Source: an uncultured Chthonomonadaceae bacterium (GTDB taxonomy: Bacteria; Armatimonadota; Chthonomonadetes; Chthonomonadales; Chthonomonadaceae). From it: a stretch of DNA of 64,000 nt. The stretch covers positions 96,001-160,000 of the forward strand of contig CAWIEK010000003.1 of NCBI GenBank assembly GCA_963835065.1, in the 5' to 3' direction. Below are positions 62,580-64,000 of the stretch, in pieces. A program made the translations under genes and the position numbers. The notes under the pieces are model-generated. The model was not told the DNA's origin. It saw nothing but the letters and a program-made list of their open reading frames with translations, and searched no databases. Every line of letters begins with the position of its first letter. Position 1 is the stretch's first letter.

Positions 62580-64000
62580 TCAGGGAACCTGAACGATAAA
62601 GTCCGCCGTCAGCGGCTTTCCCTTATGCTTAAACTGACCCCATATCTTGTACACGCCGGGGCGCGGAAATTTGGCATGGAAAACGATGTTCGGCCCGAAA
62701 CGCTCCCCGCCCATTTCGGTCGGGTGCGAATGGAGATAGTTTTGGGTGTCTTCACTTAAAATGACGCAGTGCCCGCCCGCGCCTAAAAATGGTTCCACGT
62801 CGGTTAATGGCAAGCCATCTTTTGATAACGTGAAGGTCAGCGTGGTTTCGTCATTCACCTGGGGCGGATTGGGAGTCATTGTCAGGGCGACGCGGTAGGG
62901 TCCGAATATTCGCGCCTGCGCGGGCGTCACCAGAAGCGATTGGGGAGTAGGCACATTCCCGACAACCATAACCGGGATGCGAAACACCTGGTTGCGGTCT
63001 CCGGTTGGTGTACAATCGGCATATAAAACGTATTCGCCTCCATGCGGAAATATGTAATTCTCCAGTATCAGCGGGTCGCCGTCCTGTCGCGCTTTTGGGT
63101 GAACGTGATCGAAAAACGACAGGTCGCGGCTGGCAATAATCAGGTGCAGTTTTTTTGTATGTACCACATCCAGGCTGCTGACAGGCTTGCCATCGGCGCG
63201 GCGCGGCGTCAGTTGCAGAATCGTCTTCTGCCCGGCAACAGGCTGCGTAATGGGCCGCGTAAACTCGGCGCTGTTACGGTGTTCCGGTACAAACAGATTC
63301 ACGTCCATACGGTACGTGTCATCGTGCAGTTTGTCGGCGGGGCGGGGTGGCTTGTTGGGTACGAGCGCCATTTTGCACAAGAGGCAGGTTCCCGGCGCGT
63401 CCGCGCCCTGCGCGTCGTGCATGGGACAGACGAATTTGGCCGCAGAATGGGGCGCAGTGAATTTCCGGTCAATATAAGGCTCGAAGTCGGCAACCAGTGG
63501 CGGCGTTGTCCTTTCCGCTCCTTTGGGAACAACCAGCATTTGCATTTGAAACAGGGGCACATTGCGCAGGAAATTGGCGTAGCCCGTAAAGTGACAACTG
63601 CCCTTCACCAACTTTTCCGCCGTTAAATCCACCGCCGTCGTATCCGTTCCCACTTTCACGAGGGCAATCGCGCTGTCCTCCACAATCATTTGCTCTTTGT
63701 CGTTACCCTGATTGAGAACATACACGTCTATCTTCTGCGTGGCCGGGTCGTACACAAACTCGGCGCGATCCTTTCCCAACGGCGCGATCAACCCGCCATG
63801 CGGCGCGCTCAACGCCAGGTTGCCATAGCCCAGAAACCAGGGCAACCCCTCATTGTAATTGATAAGAAAGACGGATTCTATCAGCATCAGAATCGGGTAC
63901 ACCCAGGCGAGGACGCGAGGCAGGAAATTCGGTTGAGGGCTTTTAGTTGATAGTTGATAGTTGATAGTTGATAGGGATGGCGTGAAGGATGAAGTTGGTT
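62580..64000 (-). CDS. Heavy-metal-binding-domain protein (5' end beyond window)
   Basis: CPMH...CLLCKMAL, HTKKLHLII..FDHVHP, GAGGH..YLHSHP. The frame stays open from 63902 to the window edge through a (TAGTTGA)n repeat. Confidence 0.85.
   Translation of the reverse strand, partial: PTSSFTPSLSTINYQLSTKSPQPNFLPRVLAWVYPILMLIESVFLINYNEGLPWFLGYGNLALSAPHGGLIAPLGKDRAEFVYDPATQKIDVYVLNQGNDKEQMIVEDSAIALVKVGTDTTAVDLTAEKLVKGSCHFTGYANFLRNVPLFQMQMLVVPKGAERTTPPLVADFEPYIDRKFTAPHSAAKFVCPMHDAQGADAPGTCLLCKMALVPNKPPRPADKLHDDTYRMDVNLFVPEHRNSAEFTRPITQPVAGQKTILQLTPRRADGKPVSSLDVVHTKKLHLIIASRDLSFFDHVHPKARQDGDPLILENYIFPHGGEYVLYADCTPTGDRNQVFRIPVMVVGNVPTPQSLLVTPAQARIFGPYRVALTMTPNPPQVNDETTLTFTLSKDGLPLTDVEPFLGAGGHCVILSEDTQNYLHSHPTEMGGERFGPNIVFHAKFPRPGVYKIWGQFKHKGKPLTADFIVQVP

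Overview
A GC-rich bacterial chromosomal window. Its gene content (two prepilin/DUF1559-like genes, HEAT-repeat proteins, many short tandem repeats) suggests Armatimonadota, which is an inference. Housekeeping and metabolic genes include xylB, scpA/scpB, rarA, ppk2, a Cof-type HAD hydrolase, a DHH phosphoesterase, a MutS-domain-V protein, a PpiC foldase, ABC and chromate transporters, and an aldo/keto reductase. Accessory material includes a ~1800-aa C39-peptidase/Rhs protein with an AT-rich downstream island, an HNH-XRE-MTase restriction-modification-like island, a BanI-like gene pair, MITE/REP-like elements and many inverted 7-8-mer tandem-repeat hairpins. About ten genes are split by single-base frameshifts, most plausibly long-read indel errors. 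Three signals are missed by the ORF track. (1) A candidate type I toxin-antitoxin locus: a 36-aa TM peptide at 24096-24206 (-) with a convergent sigma70 antisense promoter. (2) A selenoprotein fusing a YVTN beta-propeller to a UxxC thioredoxin-like domain, with UGA at 11129 and a SECIS-like hairpin. (3) Five divergent HEAT-repeat proteins that all end in a thrice-repeated 'LLR[P/A/S]' motif: four in tandem at 53.5-58.7 kb and one in the immunity position behind the Rhs gene. All calls are from reading the sequence; no searches were run.
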